DNA of 64,000 bases from Malacoraja senta. Taxonomy: Eukaryota. The notes beneath the pieces were generated by a model. The model worked only from the letters and a program-made list of their open reading frames with translations. It was not told the DNA's origin and did no database searches. Location of the stretch: NCBI GenBank assembly GCA_038087875.1, contig CM075995.1:7566001-7630000 (forward strand). Reading direction: 5' to 3'. Of this stretch, positions 1 to 12,469 are shown in pieces. A program made the position numbers and the translations under genes. Every line of letters begins with the position of its first letter. The first letter of the stretch is position 1.

Positions 1-884
1 TGAGTTACTCAGCATTTTGTGTCTATCTTGGTGGTGGTGTGTAAACCAGCATCTGCAGTTCCTTCCCACAAAATGGCAAACTGTACTTACCGAACAGTGA
101 AAGGCTTGGATAGAGAGGGTATTTCCAGCAGTGGGAGAGTCGAGGACCAGATGGAACTGAATTAAAGGACGTTCTTTGGGAAGGAGATGAGGATGGAATT
201 TCTTTAGTCAGAGGGTGGTGAATCTGTGGAATTCATTGCCGCAGACGGCTGTGGAGGCCAAGTCAGTGGATATTTTTTTTAAGGCAAAGATAGATACGTT
301 CTTCATTAGTGGCGGGTGTCAGCGGTTGTAGGGAGAAGGCAGGAGAATGGGGTTAGGAGGGAGAGATAGATCAGCCATGAGTGAATGGCGGAATAGACTT
401 GATGGGCCGAATGGCTCAATTCTGCTCTGTGAACTATGACCTTATGAGCTGCGGTTCCCTCCTGTCACCTGGGGTCGGGCATCACGTCACTCAGGGTGAC
501 GTGTCACGGTGGGCGGAGTTAGTCACTGGATGACGTAAGACGGTCCCCGGCTACGTCGCTGCGTCACACCAGAGGACGGGGCGAGACGACGTTGACCGCA
601 CTCGGCGTCCTGTGACGTCGCATGGAGTCACGTGAGACGTTTGTGGGGGCGGGACAGGCAGTGGCGACGTCGATTTGCGCGTCTACGTCGCCTTAAGGCT
701 TAACACGTCAGAAGCAAGGGCCGTGACCGCGATAGTGATGAAGCAGTGGTCACCCATTCCTTCTCTCCAGAGATGCTGCCTGTCCCGCTGAGTTTCCGCA
801 GCAATTTATGAGTTTACCTTCGGTTTAAACCAGCATCTGCGGCTCCTTCTTACACATAGGTGATGACGATCCGTCTTCGTCGCT

Positions 885-1890
885 GCCTGACGTCAGACGC
901 AGGGTGCGTGGGCACCGGTGGGTAACGACGTCAGACGCAGGCTGCGTGGCAGCGATGGTGACGACGACAGACGCAGGGTGCGTGGGCACCGGTGGGTGAC
1001 GACGTCATACGCAGGCTGCGGGGCAGCGGTGGGTAACGACGTCATACGCAGGGTGCGTGGGCCGCGGTGGGTGACGACGTCATACGCAGGGTTGGTGTGG
1101 GGGGGGGGGAAGAACAGTAACGTCGACGTCATACGCAGGCTGCGGGGCAGCGGTGGGTGACAACGTCATACGCAGGGTTGGTGTGGGGGGTGGGAAGAAC
1201 AGTAACGTCGACGTCATACGCAGGCTGCGGGGCAGCGGTGGGTTGACAACGTCATACGCAGGGTTGGTGTGGGGGGGGGGAAGAACAGTAACGTCGACGT
1301 CATACGCAGGCTGCGGGGCAGCGGTGGGCAACGACGTCATACGCAGGCTGCGGGGCAGCGGTGGGCAACGACGTCATACGCAGGCTGCGGGGCAGCGGTG
1401 GGCAACGACGTCATACGCAGGCTGCGGGGCAGCGGTGGGCAACGACGTCATACGCAGGCTGCCGGGGCAGCGGTGGGTGACGACGTCAGACGCAGGCTGC
1501 GGGGCAGCGGTGGGTGACGACGACAGACGCAGGCTGCGGGGCAGCGGTGGGTAACGACGTCAGACGCAGGCTGCGGGGCAGCGGTGGGTGACGACGTCAG
1601 ACGTGGGCTGCGGTGGTGACGACGTCAGACGCAGGCTGCGGGGCAGCAGTGGGTGACGACGTCATACGCAGGCTGCGGGGCAGCGATGGCGACAACGTCA
1701 TACGCAGGGTTGGTGTGGGGGGGGAAGAACAGTAACGTCGACGTCAGAGGCAGGCTGCGGGGCAGCGGTGGGTGCCGACGTCATACGCAGGCTGCGTGGG
1801 CAGCGGTGGTGGCGACGTCAGACGCAGGGTGTGTGTGTGTGTGTGTAGGGGGGAAGGCACAGCAGCGTCGACGTCAGACGCAGGGTGCGA
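885..1890. repeat. CpG-rich minisatellite, 37-bp core unit with longer variant units
   Basis: GGGCAACGACGTCATACGCAGGCTGCGGGGCAGCGGT recurs at 1326, 1363, 1400 and 1437. About 25 degenerate copies overall. Confidence 0.95.
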
Positions 1891-2094
1891 GGCCGCGGTA
1901 GTGATGACGACGGCGGGCGTCCGGCGATGGAGGCAGCTGTTGCCTCCCGGGGCTCGAAGACCAGTTTCAGCCGCTGGGATCTACAGTTCGACGGCTCAGC
2001 AGCGGGGAGGCGAGGGCCATGCCGTTGCGCTCGGGTGGAGAGCGGGCGCTGTGCTGCGGGCGGGTGATGGCGCCGGGGCCGGCTCCCGGCTCGG

Positions 2095-2140
2095 ATGGTG
2101 AGGTGGGAGGCGGCGCTGGGCCGCAGGCTTGCGCGGAGAG
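2095..2140 (+). CDS. MCUR1: Candidate first coding exon of MCUR1 (MVRWEAALGRRLARR, mitochondrial presequence-like)
   Basis: ATG at 2095 in a CpG-rich region. Strong donor GAG|GTGAGT at 2140/2141 (phase 1). The peptide is Arg-rich and acid-poor. Its phase does not join directly to the exon at 4488. Confidence 0.45.
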
Positions 2141-2960
2141 GTGAGTGCATGCCCGGCCCGGCCCGGCCCTCCCCTCCCTCCCTCCCTCCCTCCCTCCCCC
2201 ACCGACAGGCCCGGAGACCCAGGGGGGCCGCCTGTCTGTTACAGCAGGGTCCCCTCTCTAATGCGCCGACCAGCGGTCCCTCAATACTAACACTGTCCTG
2301 CACACACTAGGGACAATTTACAATTTTACGAAGCCAATTAACTAAACTACAAACCTGTGTAAGAAGGAACTGCAGATGCTGGTGAAACCGAAGATAGAAT
2401 AGAATAGAATAGAAACTTTATTTGCCACACGACCAGGGTTGGTGTAATTGGGTTCGGTACATGATGGTACTGCTTTAGCACATTAACAACAATAATAATA
2501 AAAGCACATCACAAATCACAATCTCACCAACAATACATACATAGTGCAAAAGAACAGACAAAACCATAGACAAGACACTGTATACATCAAAGTCAAAAAG
2601 TTATTGGAGGGAATTAAGTGTTCTTATTGCTGAGGGAAGAAACTGTTTTTTAAAACGGGTGGATTTTGTAGCACAAAATCTGGAGTAACTCAAAAAGCTG
2701 GAGTAACTCAGCGGGACAGGCAGCATCTCTGGAGAGAAGGGATGGATGACGTTTCGGGGTCGAGACCCTTCTTTAGACTGGGTAGGGATAAGGGAAACGA
2801 GAGGTAAGACGGTGACGTGGAGAGATAAAGAACAACGAATGAAAGATATGCAAAAATGTAACGATGATAAAAAGGAAACAGGCCATTGTCAGCTGTTTGT
2901 AGGGTGAAAATGAGAAGCTGGTGCGACTTGGTGGGTGCTGTGTTCACGGCCGGGCTGCAG

Positions 2961-3073
2961 TGCTCGCGGCCGGGCTGGCTGTGTCCCGCTGGCGGGGGCT
3001 GGCTGTTGGAGACTCGCTTTGTCGTCAGTGGCGGTTGCCGGACCTGTCCGCACGGCACTGGAAAGCGTTCCAG
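2961..3073 (+). CDS. MCUR1: Candidate additional 113-nt MCUR1 exon
   Basis: CTGCAG| acceptor (weak pyrimidine tract) and strong CAG|GTAAGC donor. The open frame converts phase 1 to phase 0, giving ...RR-VLAAGLAVSRWRGLAVGDSLCRQWRLPDLSARHWKAFQ-GLSTS... Confidence 0.35.
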
Positions 3074-3604
3074 GTAAGCTGACACCGTCGCTGGTTAGGC
3101 TTTTAAATTTCTATTTCTATATTGCACTACTACTATGGACTGACGCAAAACTGCATTTCGTTGTACCCATACTCGGTATTTGTGCAATGACATTAAAGTT
3201 GAATTGAATTGAATAGCTTCCAGCTGCACTCTTTCGGTGACCCTTACTGCCCCGCTTGTTTTTCACGCGCACTTGCTTCCGGTTCCGACTTTTCTTTGGC
3301 GCCTATTCAAATTACAATTTGGCGTCAAATCTTTTTGATGGTGCCATTCCAATTTGTGGCACCAAATACAAAATCTTTTAAAACTTTTTCTTGGCAGTAC
3401 TTTTTCTTCTCTGTTCTTTGATCCTCGTCGCCAATGTTGTGTATTTGTTGCTGGAAACGGACTTTAAATAATACTCGGACACGCGAGTAAACTAACAAGC
3501 TACTTTATTGCAGGACGCCACCTAGAGTCTCTCTGCGTATCCGTACCATTGTGCAAGACATCAAATATGTTAATCATATTTCATACATAACAGTGGGGGG
3601 GGGG

Positions 3605-4080
3605 GGATAGAGAGAGAGGGAATGCTGGGGCTACCTGAAGTGAGATAAATCAATATCCATACCACTGGGCTATAAGCTGCCAAGTGAAATATAAAATGCT
3701 GTTTCAATTTGTGTTTAGCCTCACTCTGACAATGGAGGAGGCATAGAACAGAAAGGTCAGTGTAGGAATGGGATGGGAATTAAGGTGTCCGGCAACCGGG
3801 AGATCAGGTAGATTCACGCGGGCTGAGCGAAGGTGTTCCGCGAAACAATTCGCCCAGTCTGTGTTTGGTCTCGCCGATGTATAAGATTCCACATCTTGAA
3901 CAACAGATACATGAGATGAGGTTGGAGGGCGCAAGGCGCAAGTCAACCTCTGCCTGACCTGAAAGGACTGTCGGGGTCCCTGGACAGAGAGTGAGGGAGG
4001 AGGTATAGCGACAGGTGTTGCATCTTCTGCGGTTGCAGAGGAAAGTACCTGGGATGGGGATGGTTTGGGTGGGGGAGGGA
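3605..4080 (-). mobile_element. Penelope GIY-YIG fragment
   Basis: QGPRQSFQVRQRLTC...FAEHLRSARVNLPDLPVAGHLNS, homologous to 6700-7075. Confidence 0.8.
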
Positions 4081-4487
4081 ACCTACAAACCTTCACATCT
4101 TTGGAGTGTGGGAGGAAACCAAAGATCTTGGAGAAAACCCACGGGGGAGAAAGTACAAACTTCGTACAGACAGCACCTGTAGTCAGGATCAAACCCGGGT
4201 CTCTGGTGCTGTAAGGCAGCAAAGCAACTTACTGCTGTGCCAACATGCCACCTGTAAATGAATGAATGGTGTGTCTGAAATAAATGAGCTAATCATTATC
4301 AAAATGCTACATGTAGAAGCTGTTGTGCACAAATGACTGCCTTGTTTCCTGCATTGACTACATTTAGGCTCCTTCCCAGACAATTTCTTGGGTTGTAAAA
4401 CATTTTGAAAAGTCATGGAATGGACCTGAAACATGCTGAAAGAGATGGTTATTTCCCTGTTTAATACTCGTTTCAATCTTGTTTCAG

Positions 4488-4605
4488 GGGTTAAGCACGT
4501 CGGTGGCATCTTTGCAATATAATCCAAAACAAGTAGCTTCGTTGGAAAGTCAAAAGTACTTCTATTTCGATACACATGCAGTTGTGCAACATTTGGAAGA
4601 ATGTG
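4488..4605 (+). CDS. MCUR1: MCUR1 coding exon (head domain, GLSTSVASLQ...YFYFDTHAVVQHLEECG)
   Basis: TTTCAG| acceptor and G|GTAAA donor. Contains the FDTHA motif typical of CCDC90 proteins. Confidence 0.88.
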
Positions 4606-6429
4606 GTAAATATAATTATCTTTTATCTGCTGAAATGGTGTTTATTTTACCATCACATTTTAAACCACTTTACCAGAACAAACTTGTACGGCCAGTGATG
4701 TTGCTTCGCAGCTCAGTCAGGAAAGTCACAGGAAAGCAAGCTAATTTGACAATAGACAATAGGTGCCGGAGTAGGTCATTCGGCCCTTCGAGCCAGCACC
4801 GCCATTCAATGTGATCATGGCTGATCATCCCCAATCAGTACCCCGTTCCTGCCTTCTCCCCATATCCCCTGACTCCGCTATCTTTAAGAACCCTATCTAT
4901 CTCTCTCTTGAAAAGTATCCAGAGAACTGTCCTCCACCGCCCTCTGAGGCAGAAAATTCCACAGACTCACACTCTCTGTGTGAAAAAGTGATTCCTCATC
5001 TCCGTTCTAAATGGCTTACCCCTTATCTTAAACTGTGGCCCCTGGTTCTGGACTCCCGCAACATCGGGAACATGTTTCCTGCCTCTAGCGTGTCCAAACC
5101 CTTAATAATCTTATATGTTTCAATGAGATTCCCTCCCATCCTTCTAAACTCCAGAGTATACAAGCCCAGCCGCTACATTCTCTCAGCATATGACAGTCCC
5201 GCCATCATGGGAATTAACCTTGTGAACCTACGCTGCACTCTCTCAATAGCTGGAGATAGACACAAAAAGCTGGAGTAACACAGCGGGTCAGGCAGCATCT
5301 CTGGGGAGAAGGCATGGATGATGTTTCAGGTCGAGACCCTTCAGACTAAGAGGCAAGGGAGAGGAAGACAGATGTGGAAGGGTGAGATGTGTAAATGAGA
5401 CATCAAAGGGGACGAAGCTCAAGGAAAATGTAGAATAGATCATTGATAGCTTGGGAAAGGTGACAACGAAGCATACAAAAATAAAATTTAATCAGGAAGA
5501 CACTCAGACTGGTCGGCGAACTAGGATGAGGGAGGGATGGAGAGAGAGGGAAAGCAAAGGTTACTTGAAATTAGAGAGAAGTCGATATTCATACTGCGGG
5601 TTTGTAAGCTACCCAAGCGAAATATGAGATGCTGTTCCTCTAATTTGCATTGGGCCTCACTCCGTCAGTGTAAACCAGCATCCGCAGTTCCTTCCTACAC
5701 ACTTGATGAGAACCGGTCTTTGTTTTTTGAATACATAGTCATGTGAGTGTGATAAAAAATCCCACGCCTTTAATCCATCCTAAATGATGATTTCATCAAA
5801 TAAGCTTTGCTTCAGCTGATATCCATGGTTGTAAATACAGTGAACCCTTGCTATAAAGGACCACGCAGGGACCACACTTCATCCATTTCACCACTAACTT
5901 CCATCCGGCACTCAAATACACCTGGACCATTTCCGACATTTCCCAACCATTTCTAGACCTTACCATCTCCATCACAAGTGACAGACTACTGACCAACATC
6001 CACGATAAACCCACTGACTCCATGGGTATCTGGACTACATTTCTTCCCAACCTGCTTCCTGTAAGGACTCCATCCCCTACTCCCAATTCCTCCGTTTACG
6101 CCGCATCTGCACCCAGGATGAGGTGTTCCACACCAGGGCATCGGAAATGTCCTCATTCTTCAGGGAACTGGGGTTCCCCTCTTCTACTATAGATGAGGCT
6201 CTCACCAGGGTCTCTTCTATACCCCGTGACTCTGCTCTCAACCCCCCCATAACAAGGGCAGAGTCCCCCTTGTCCTCACCTTCCACCCTACCAGCCGTCA
6301 CATACAACAAATCCTCCAACATTTTCCCCACCTCCAAAGGGATCCCACCACTGGCCACATCTTCCCATCTCCTCCCGTGTCTGCTTTCCGCAGAGACCGC
6401 TCCCTCCGTAACTCCCTGGTCAATTCGTC

Positions 6430-6629
6430 NNNNNNNNNNNNNNNNNNNNNNNNNNNNNNNNNNNNNNNNNNNNNNNNNNNNNNNNNNNNNNNNNNNNNNN
6501 NNNNNNNNNNNNNNNNNNNNNNNNNNNNNNNNNNNNNNNNNNNNNNNNNNNNNNNNNNNNNNNNNNNNNNNNNNNNNNNNNNNNNNNNNNNNNNNNNNNN
6601 NNNNNNNNNNNNNNNNNNNNNNNNNNNNN
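6430..6629. other. Assembly gap (200 N) with duplicated flanks
   Basis: The same sequence of about 46 nt (GCTTTCCGCAGAGACC...CAATTCGTC) occurs on both sides. Confidence 0.97.
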
Positions 6630-7146
6630 GCTTTCCGCAGAGACCGCTCCCTCCGTAACTCCCTGGTCAATTCGTCCCTTCCCACCCAAACCACCCCCTC
6701 TCCTGGCACTTTCCCTTGCAACCGCAGGAAATGCTACAATTGTCGCTTTACCTCCCCTCTTGACTCCATTCAAGGACCCAAGCAGTCGTTCACCTGCACC
6801 TCCTCCAACCTCATCTATTGCATCCGCTGCTCTAGATGTCAGCTGATCTACATCGGTGAGACCAAGAGTAGGCTTGGCGATCATTTCGCCGAACACCTCC
6901 GCTCGGTCCGCAATAACCAACCTGATCTCCCGGTGGCTCAGCACTTCAACTCCCCCTCCTATTCCGAATCCGACCTTTCTGTCCTGGGCCTCCTCCATGG
7001 CCAGAGTGAGGACCACTGTAAATTGGAGGAGCAGCACCTCATATTTCGCTTGGGCAGTTTGCACTCCAGCGGTATGAACAGTGAAGGTACACAAAAATGC
7101 TGGAGAAACTCAGCGGGTGCAGCAGCATCTATGGAGCGAAGGAAAT

Positions 7147-7182
7147 AGGCAACGTTTCGGGCCGAAACCCTTCTTCAGACCT
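7147..7182 (-). ncRNA. Minimal type I hammerhead ribozyme motif in a Penelope terminal-repeat copy
   Basis: The minus strand reads AGGU-CUGAAGA-A-GGGU(UUCG)GCCC-GAAA-CGUU-GCCU: core boxes, stem II, palindromic ACGU stem III and a 4-bp stem I. Confidence 0.6.
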
Positions 7183-8410
7183 GAACAGTCAGGTATGAAC
7201 AGTGACTTCTCTAATTTCAGGTAGTCCCTGCTTTCTCCTCCCCTTCTCCGCTCTCCCTCAGCCCACTGTCTCCGCCTCTACCTTTCTTCTTCCCGCCCCC
7301 ACCCCCCCTCCAAGCTCACATCAGTCTGAAGAAGGGTCTTGACCCGAAACGTTGCCTATCTCCTTCGCTCCATAGATGCTGCCTCACCTGCTGAGTTTCT
7401 CCAGCATTTTTGTCTACCATCCCCCTAGTGGTCATTCCGTGAAACAACACACTGGGTCTACAGTAGATTCGGTCTGCTATAAGTGAACTCCGTTACGAAG
7501 AGATCCATATAGTGAGGGTTTACTGTATTTCTGAAGCTTGTCTTTAAAAGCAATGTATTATTGATTCAGACTGCAGTTTCTGTTTATCAAACTCAACCGA
7601 CCATGTACTTATGAATTCTACTCATGAATCGGGTCATATGCAGGCTTATGAGTCGTGTTTTAAAATGTCACAAAGCGCTGGAATCACTCGGCGAGTCAGG
7701 CAGCGTCTCTGGAGACCATGGATATGTGATGTTTCAGATCTGGACCCTTTCCCAGACTGATTGTAGGCAGGGGAGGGGAAGAAAGGTCAAAGAGAGAAGG
7801 GGCAGGGCAAAGTGTGACGGGTAATAAGTCAGCACAGGCAAGGTTTTTTAATGATTCAACAAAGGCCAGAGATGGGGGAGGGGGGGTGGGAAGGTGTGAG
7901 ACAAAAGGATTGAACACGAGTGGATTGTGAAGCCAGAGGAAGGAATGTAGGTGGCAGGCAAAATGGGTACGTCTAGGTGGGTCACAAAAGATGGGGGGCG
8001 GAGGGAGAAAGGGGAGGGGGAGGTGTTGTTGTTAGAGGTCTATCTTGGGCATCATAAACAGGACAGACTTCCAAATGCCTGTTCCCGTGCTGTAGCTTTC
8101 TGTTCTACGATTTAAACAATTTATACATTAGTTTTGTAATTTCCTTTACAAGGCACTTTGATCGATGAGTCCAAACTATCCAGATAGACAATAGGTGCAG
8201 GAGTAGGCCATTCGACCCTTCGAGCCAGCACCGCCATTCAATGTGATCGTGGCTGATCATCCCCAATCAGTACCCCGTTCCTGCCTTCTCCCCATATCCC
8301 CTGACTCCGCTATCTTTAAGAGCCCTATCTAGCTCTCTCTTGAAAGCATCCAGAGAACCCGCCTCCACCGCCCTCTAAGGCAGAGAATTCCACAGACTCA
8401 CAACTCTCTG

Positions 8411-10900
8411 TTGTCCCAGCTACACTACTCCCACTTGCCTGCGCTTGGTCCATATCCCTACAAACCTGTCCTATCCATGTACCTGTCTAACTGTTTCTTA
8501 AACGATGGGATAGTCCTAGCCTCAACTACCTCCTCTGGCACCTTGTTCCATACACCCACCACTCTTTGTGTGAAAAAGTTACCCCTCGGATTCCTATTAA
8601 ATCTTTTGCCTTTCACCATGAACCTATCTCCTCTGGTCCTTGATTCCCCTACTTTAGGCATAAGACTGCCACTACCCGATCTATTCCTCTCATAATTTTG
8701 AATAGAGACCCAGCCTAGCCTATAGCTCACACCCTCTAGACCTGCTCGTAAATCTTTTCTGAACCCTTTCAAGCTTAACAATATATTTCCTGTAACATGG
8801 TGCCCAGAACTGAACACAATATTCTAAATGCGGTCTCACCAACGTCTTATACAACTGCAACATGACCTCCCAACTCCTATACTCAATACTCTGACTGATG
8901 AAGGCCAAAGTGCCAAAACCCGTTTTGACCACCTTATCTACCTGCGACTCGACCTTCAAGGAACCATGCACCTGTACTCCTAGATCCCTCTGCTCTACAA
9001 CACCACCCAGAGGCCGACCATTCACTGTGTAGGTCCTGCCCTTGTTCGACGTCCCAAAATGCAACACCTCACATTTTCTGTGTTAAATTCCATCAACCAT
9101 TCCTCCACCCACCTGGCCAATCGATCCAGATCCTGCTGCAATCTTTCACAACCATGTGCAAAACCACTAACTTTTGTATCATCAGCAAACTTGCTATTCT
9201 TGCCCTGCATGTTCTCATCCAACAGTAACGGGCCAGCACCAAACGCTGAGGCACACCACGTCACAGGCCTCCAGTCCGAGAAGCAACCTTCCACCATCAC
9301 CCTCTGCTTCCTTCCATGGAGCCAATTTGCTATCCATTCAGCCATCTCTCCTTGGATCCCATGCGATCTAACCTTCCAAGCAGCCTACCATGTGGAACCT
9401 TGTCAAACGCCTCACTGAAGTCCATGTACACAACATCTACAGCTCTGCCCTCATCAACCTTTTTGGTCACGTCTTCAAAAAAATCAAATCAGATTTGTGA
9501 GACAACCTCCCACATACAAAACCAATCAGCCCTTGCCCATCCAAATGCCTGTATATCCTATCCCTCAGAATGCTCTCCAGCAACTTACCAACTACAGATG
9601 TTAAGCTCACCGGCCTATAGTTCCCAACATTTTCCCTGTAGCCCTTCTTGAAAAGAGGCACAACATTTGCCACCCTCCAGTCTTCCAGCACCTCTCCTGT
9701 ACCTAAGGACGATTTGTAATTTTCAACCAGGGCTCCCACAATTTCCTCTCTAGTTTCCCCACAATGTCCTTGGATATATATGATCAGGCCTGGAGATTTG
9801 TCTACCTTCAAACACAACAGTACCTTCAGTACTTCTTCGACGATAACCCTGACTGCTCTCAAGACACTTCCAGTGACTGCTCCAATTTCCTCCGTCCTAC
9901 TGTCTTTCTCCTCTGTAAATACAGAGGAGAAATACTCATTGAGGACCTTGCCCATCTCCTGTGGCTCCACACAGAGGTGACCACTTTGATTCCTGAGAGG
10001 TCCCACTCTCTAGTTACTCTTTTCCCCTTATGTATTTATAAAATCTTTTGGGATTGTCCTTAATGCTACCCACCAGAGCTATCTCCTGGCCCCTTTTTGC
10101 CCTTCTGATTTCCTATTTTAGTATACTCCTTAGTTCCCGAAACCCCTCCAGGGATGCACTTGATCCCAGTTGCAATCCTGAGATCACTACCCTGCAGGTC
10201 CTGCTTTTCAGTCTTTTACCCAATTCCGTAAATTCTTGTTGCAGAACTCCCTTTCCGCTCCCCCTCACTCTTGAGGATGCCGTGCAGCCGCTCCAAGACG
10301 CCCTGGACCCTGGCACCAGGGAGGCAACACACCATCCTGGAGTCTCGCCTGCTGCCGCAGAATCTCCTGTCCGCACCTCTGACGAAGGAGTCTCCCACCA
10401 CCATAGCTCTGCCTGACGTCACTCTTCCCCGTTGAGCCTCGGCACCAGGGTTGGAACCACAGCCCTGGCTACCACTCAATCTTGTCGTGTCGTTCGATCC
10501 CAAGAGGGTGCACCTGTTTTCAGTAGGTACAGCCCCACCGGGGTCTCCTGCACTCCACGTTTACCCCTCTTTCTTATGGTCACCCACCTTTGCTCTTCCG
10601 GTATCCTTGGCGAGACAACCTCACTGAAGGTCTTGTCCAGGAAACTCTCGTTTTCCCGGATGCTCCTGAGGTCATCCAGCTGCTGCTCCAGTTCCCCAAC
10701 ACGTTCATTCAGGAGCTGCGCCTGGACACAATGTCTGCAGGTGTCGTTTCCAGGAGCTCCAGCGGTGCCCCTGACTTCCACATCCTGCAGGAAGTACATT
10801 GTACCAACTTGCCTGCCATTTCTTCAGTGGACAAAAATCACAAGTGTATCCCCCTTGCCTCAGCCTCCTCGCCAAAGACTCTTGAACCAAAGACTCACAC
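8411..10900 (-). mobile_element. Degenerate CR1 LINE keeping ORF1 (zinc-finger/coiled coil plus GDS esterase-like) and the ORF2 RT, with an internal deletion
   Basis: CRHCVQ...LEQQLDDLRSIRE, GDSFVRGADRRFCG...VCCLPGARV, NYRPVSLTSVVGKLLE, KFADDTK, RPHLEYCVQFW. Confidence 0.88.
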
Positions 10901-11719
10901 TTTACCTCCCAAGGCCGCGCTGCTATAGCTGCGCTTATTTTTATCTGCTACCTAATCAACTACTCTAGGGCTAATTCGTAACTTACTTGAACCTGTGCCT
11001 GGCCCTCTTTTCAAATCTCCGTTCCCTCTGACTCGCCTTCTTTCTGCCGATACTCGCTCTCACTGCTTCTGGCTGCTGCTTCTCTCCTACCTTCACGGTC
11101 AAAACAATCTGTCTTCGACCCGTTTCCCCTCTAAAATAAGTGGATCATTTGGTGTCCCGTGCCTGCTCTGCATTTAACAAGATCAATGCTAATCTTTGAC
11201 CTTTATACCAACTCCTTATCCCTTCATTCTCTGCCCAAAACGTCACCCATTCGTTCTCTCCAGAGATGCTGCCTGTCCCACTGAGTTACTCCAGCTTTTT
11301 GTCTACCATTCAGATAGTTCTTGCCACCAAAGTGGATAAGCTCACATTTATCCACATGATACTGCATCTGCCCACTCACCCAACCTGTCCAAGTCACCCT
11401 GCAGCCTCATAGCATCCTCCTCGCAGCTCACACTGCCACCCATCTTTGTGTCATCCGCAAACGTGGAGATGTTACATTTAATTCCCTCGTCTAAATCGTT
11501 AATATATATATTGCAAATAACTGGGGACCCAGCACCGAGCCTTGCGGCACCCCACTCGTCACTGCCTGCCATTCTGAAAAGGACCCCGTTAATTCCTACT
11601 CTTTGCTTCCTGTCTGCCAACCAATTCTCTATCCATGTCAATACCCTACCCCCAATACCATGTGCTCTAATTTTGCACACTAATCCCTTGTGTGGGACCT
11701 TGTCAAAGGCTTTTGTTGC

Positions 11720-12370
11720 ATGCTAACACAGTCAGCGGAAAGACTACATGATTGCATTCGAGCCAGAGTGTACAGATCCAGGACAAAAGGGAATAACTTG
11801 AATAACATTTAGTATAAGAGAAAGCCAGTAAAGTACGATTTAAGATAGTCCGAGGGTCTCCAATGAATTAAATAGTAGTTCAAGACTGCTCTCTGGTTGT
11901 GGTAAGATGATTCAGTAGCCTGATAACAGCTGGGAAGAAACTGTCCCTGAATCTGGAGGTGTGCGTTTTCATACTTCTGTACCTTTTGCCCGAAGGGAAA
12001 GGGGAGAAGAGGGAGTGGCCAGAGTGCGACTCGTCCTTGATTATGCTGCTGGCCTTGCCGGGGCAGCGTGAGGTATAAATGGAGTCAATAGAAGAGAGTC
12101 AATGGAGTCAATCCTTCGCTCCATAGACGCTGCTGCACCCGCTGAGTTTCTCCAGCATTTTTGTGTACCTTCAATAGAAGAGAGGTTGGTTTGTGTGATG
12201 GTCTGGGCTGCGTCCACAATTCGCTGCAATTTCTTGCGGTCTTGGATGGAGCTGTTCATAAACCAAGCTGCGAAGCATCCCGAAAAAATGTTTTCTGCGG
12301 CGCATCTGTAGAAGTTGGTGAGAGTTGTTGGGGACATGCCGAACTTCTTAACCTTTCTAAGGAAGTAGAG
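11720..12370 (-). mobile_element. Rex1/Babar LINE 3' fragment
   Basis: RLYFLRKVKKFGMSPTTLTNFYRC...DRKKLQRIVDAAQTI. Confidence 0.8.
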
Positions 12371-12469
12371 GCGGGTACAATTACAGCATTGAAGAGACAC
12401 TGAGATAGGTACAGAGATACAAAAGGTTTTGAGGGACGTGGGACCAGCCCAGTTTTTTTTTTTTGGGGG

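Larger units (their letters stand above)
480..2280. promoter_or_regulatory. CpG island / promoter region of MCUR1 with many ACGT-core (CRE/E-box-like) motifs
   Basis: Very high CpG density with TGACGT, TCACGTGA and GACGTCA motifs, located just upstream of the candidate first exon. Confidence 0.7.
5875..7420 (+). mobile_element. Penelope-like retroelement fragment (RT C-terminus, GIY-YIG endonuclease, terminal repeat)
   Basis: PFLDL RT motif region, then NLIYCIRCSRCQLIYIGETKSRLGDHFAEH. Ends in a pLTR-type repeat with CTGAAGAAG...GAAAC. Contains an N gap. Confidence 0.88.
5838..7525. mobile_element. Tc1/mariner-type (Tigger-like) MITE split by a Penelope insertion
   Basis: TA-CAGTGAACCCTTGCTATA at 5836 and TATAGTGAGGGTTTACTG-TA ending at 7527 are imperfect inverted repeats. 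Confidence 0.6.

Noticed and set aside
885..1890. Repeat array resembling a CRISPR locus, with overlapping ORFs
   Set aside because: The units are contiguous with no unique spacers, there are no cas genes, and the context is eukaryotic. The ORFs are just translations of the minisatellite.
2099..2101. Readthrough or selenocysteine at the in-frame TGA of the MTTAG... frame
   Set aside because: No SECIS or readthrough evidence was recognised. An extra exon or a 1-nt error explains the phase more simply.
6384..6675. Apparent direct repeat around the N run
   Set aside because: Most simply an unmerged contig overlap at a 200-N placeholder gap.
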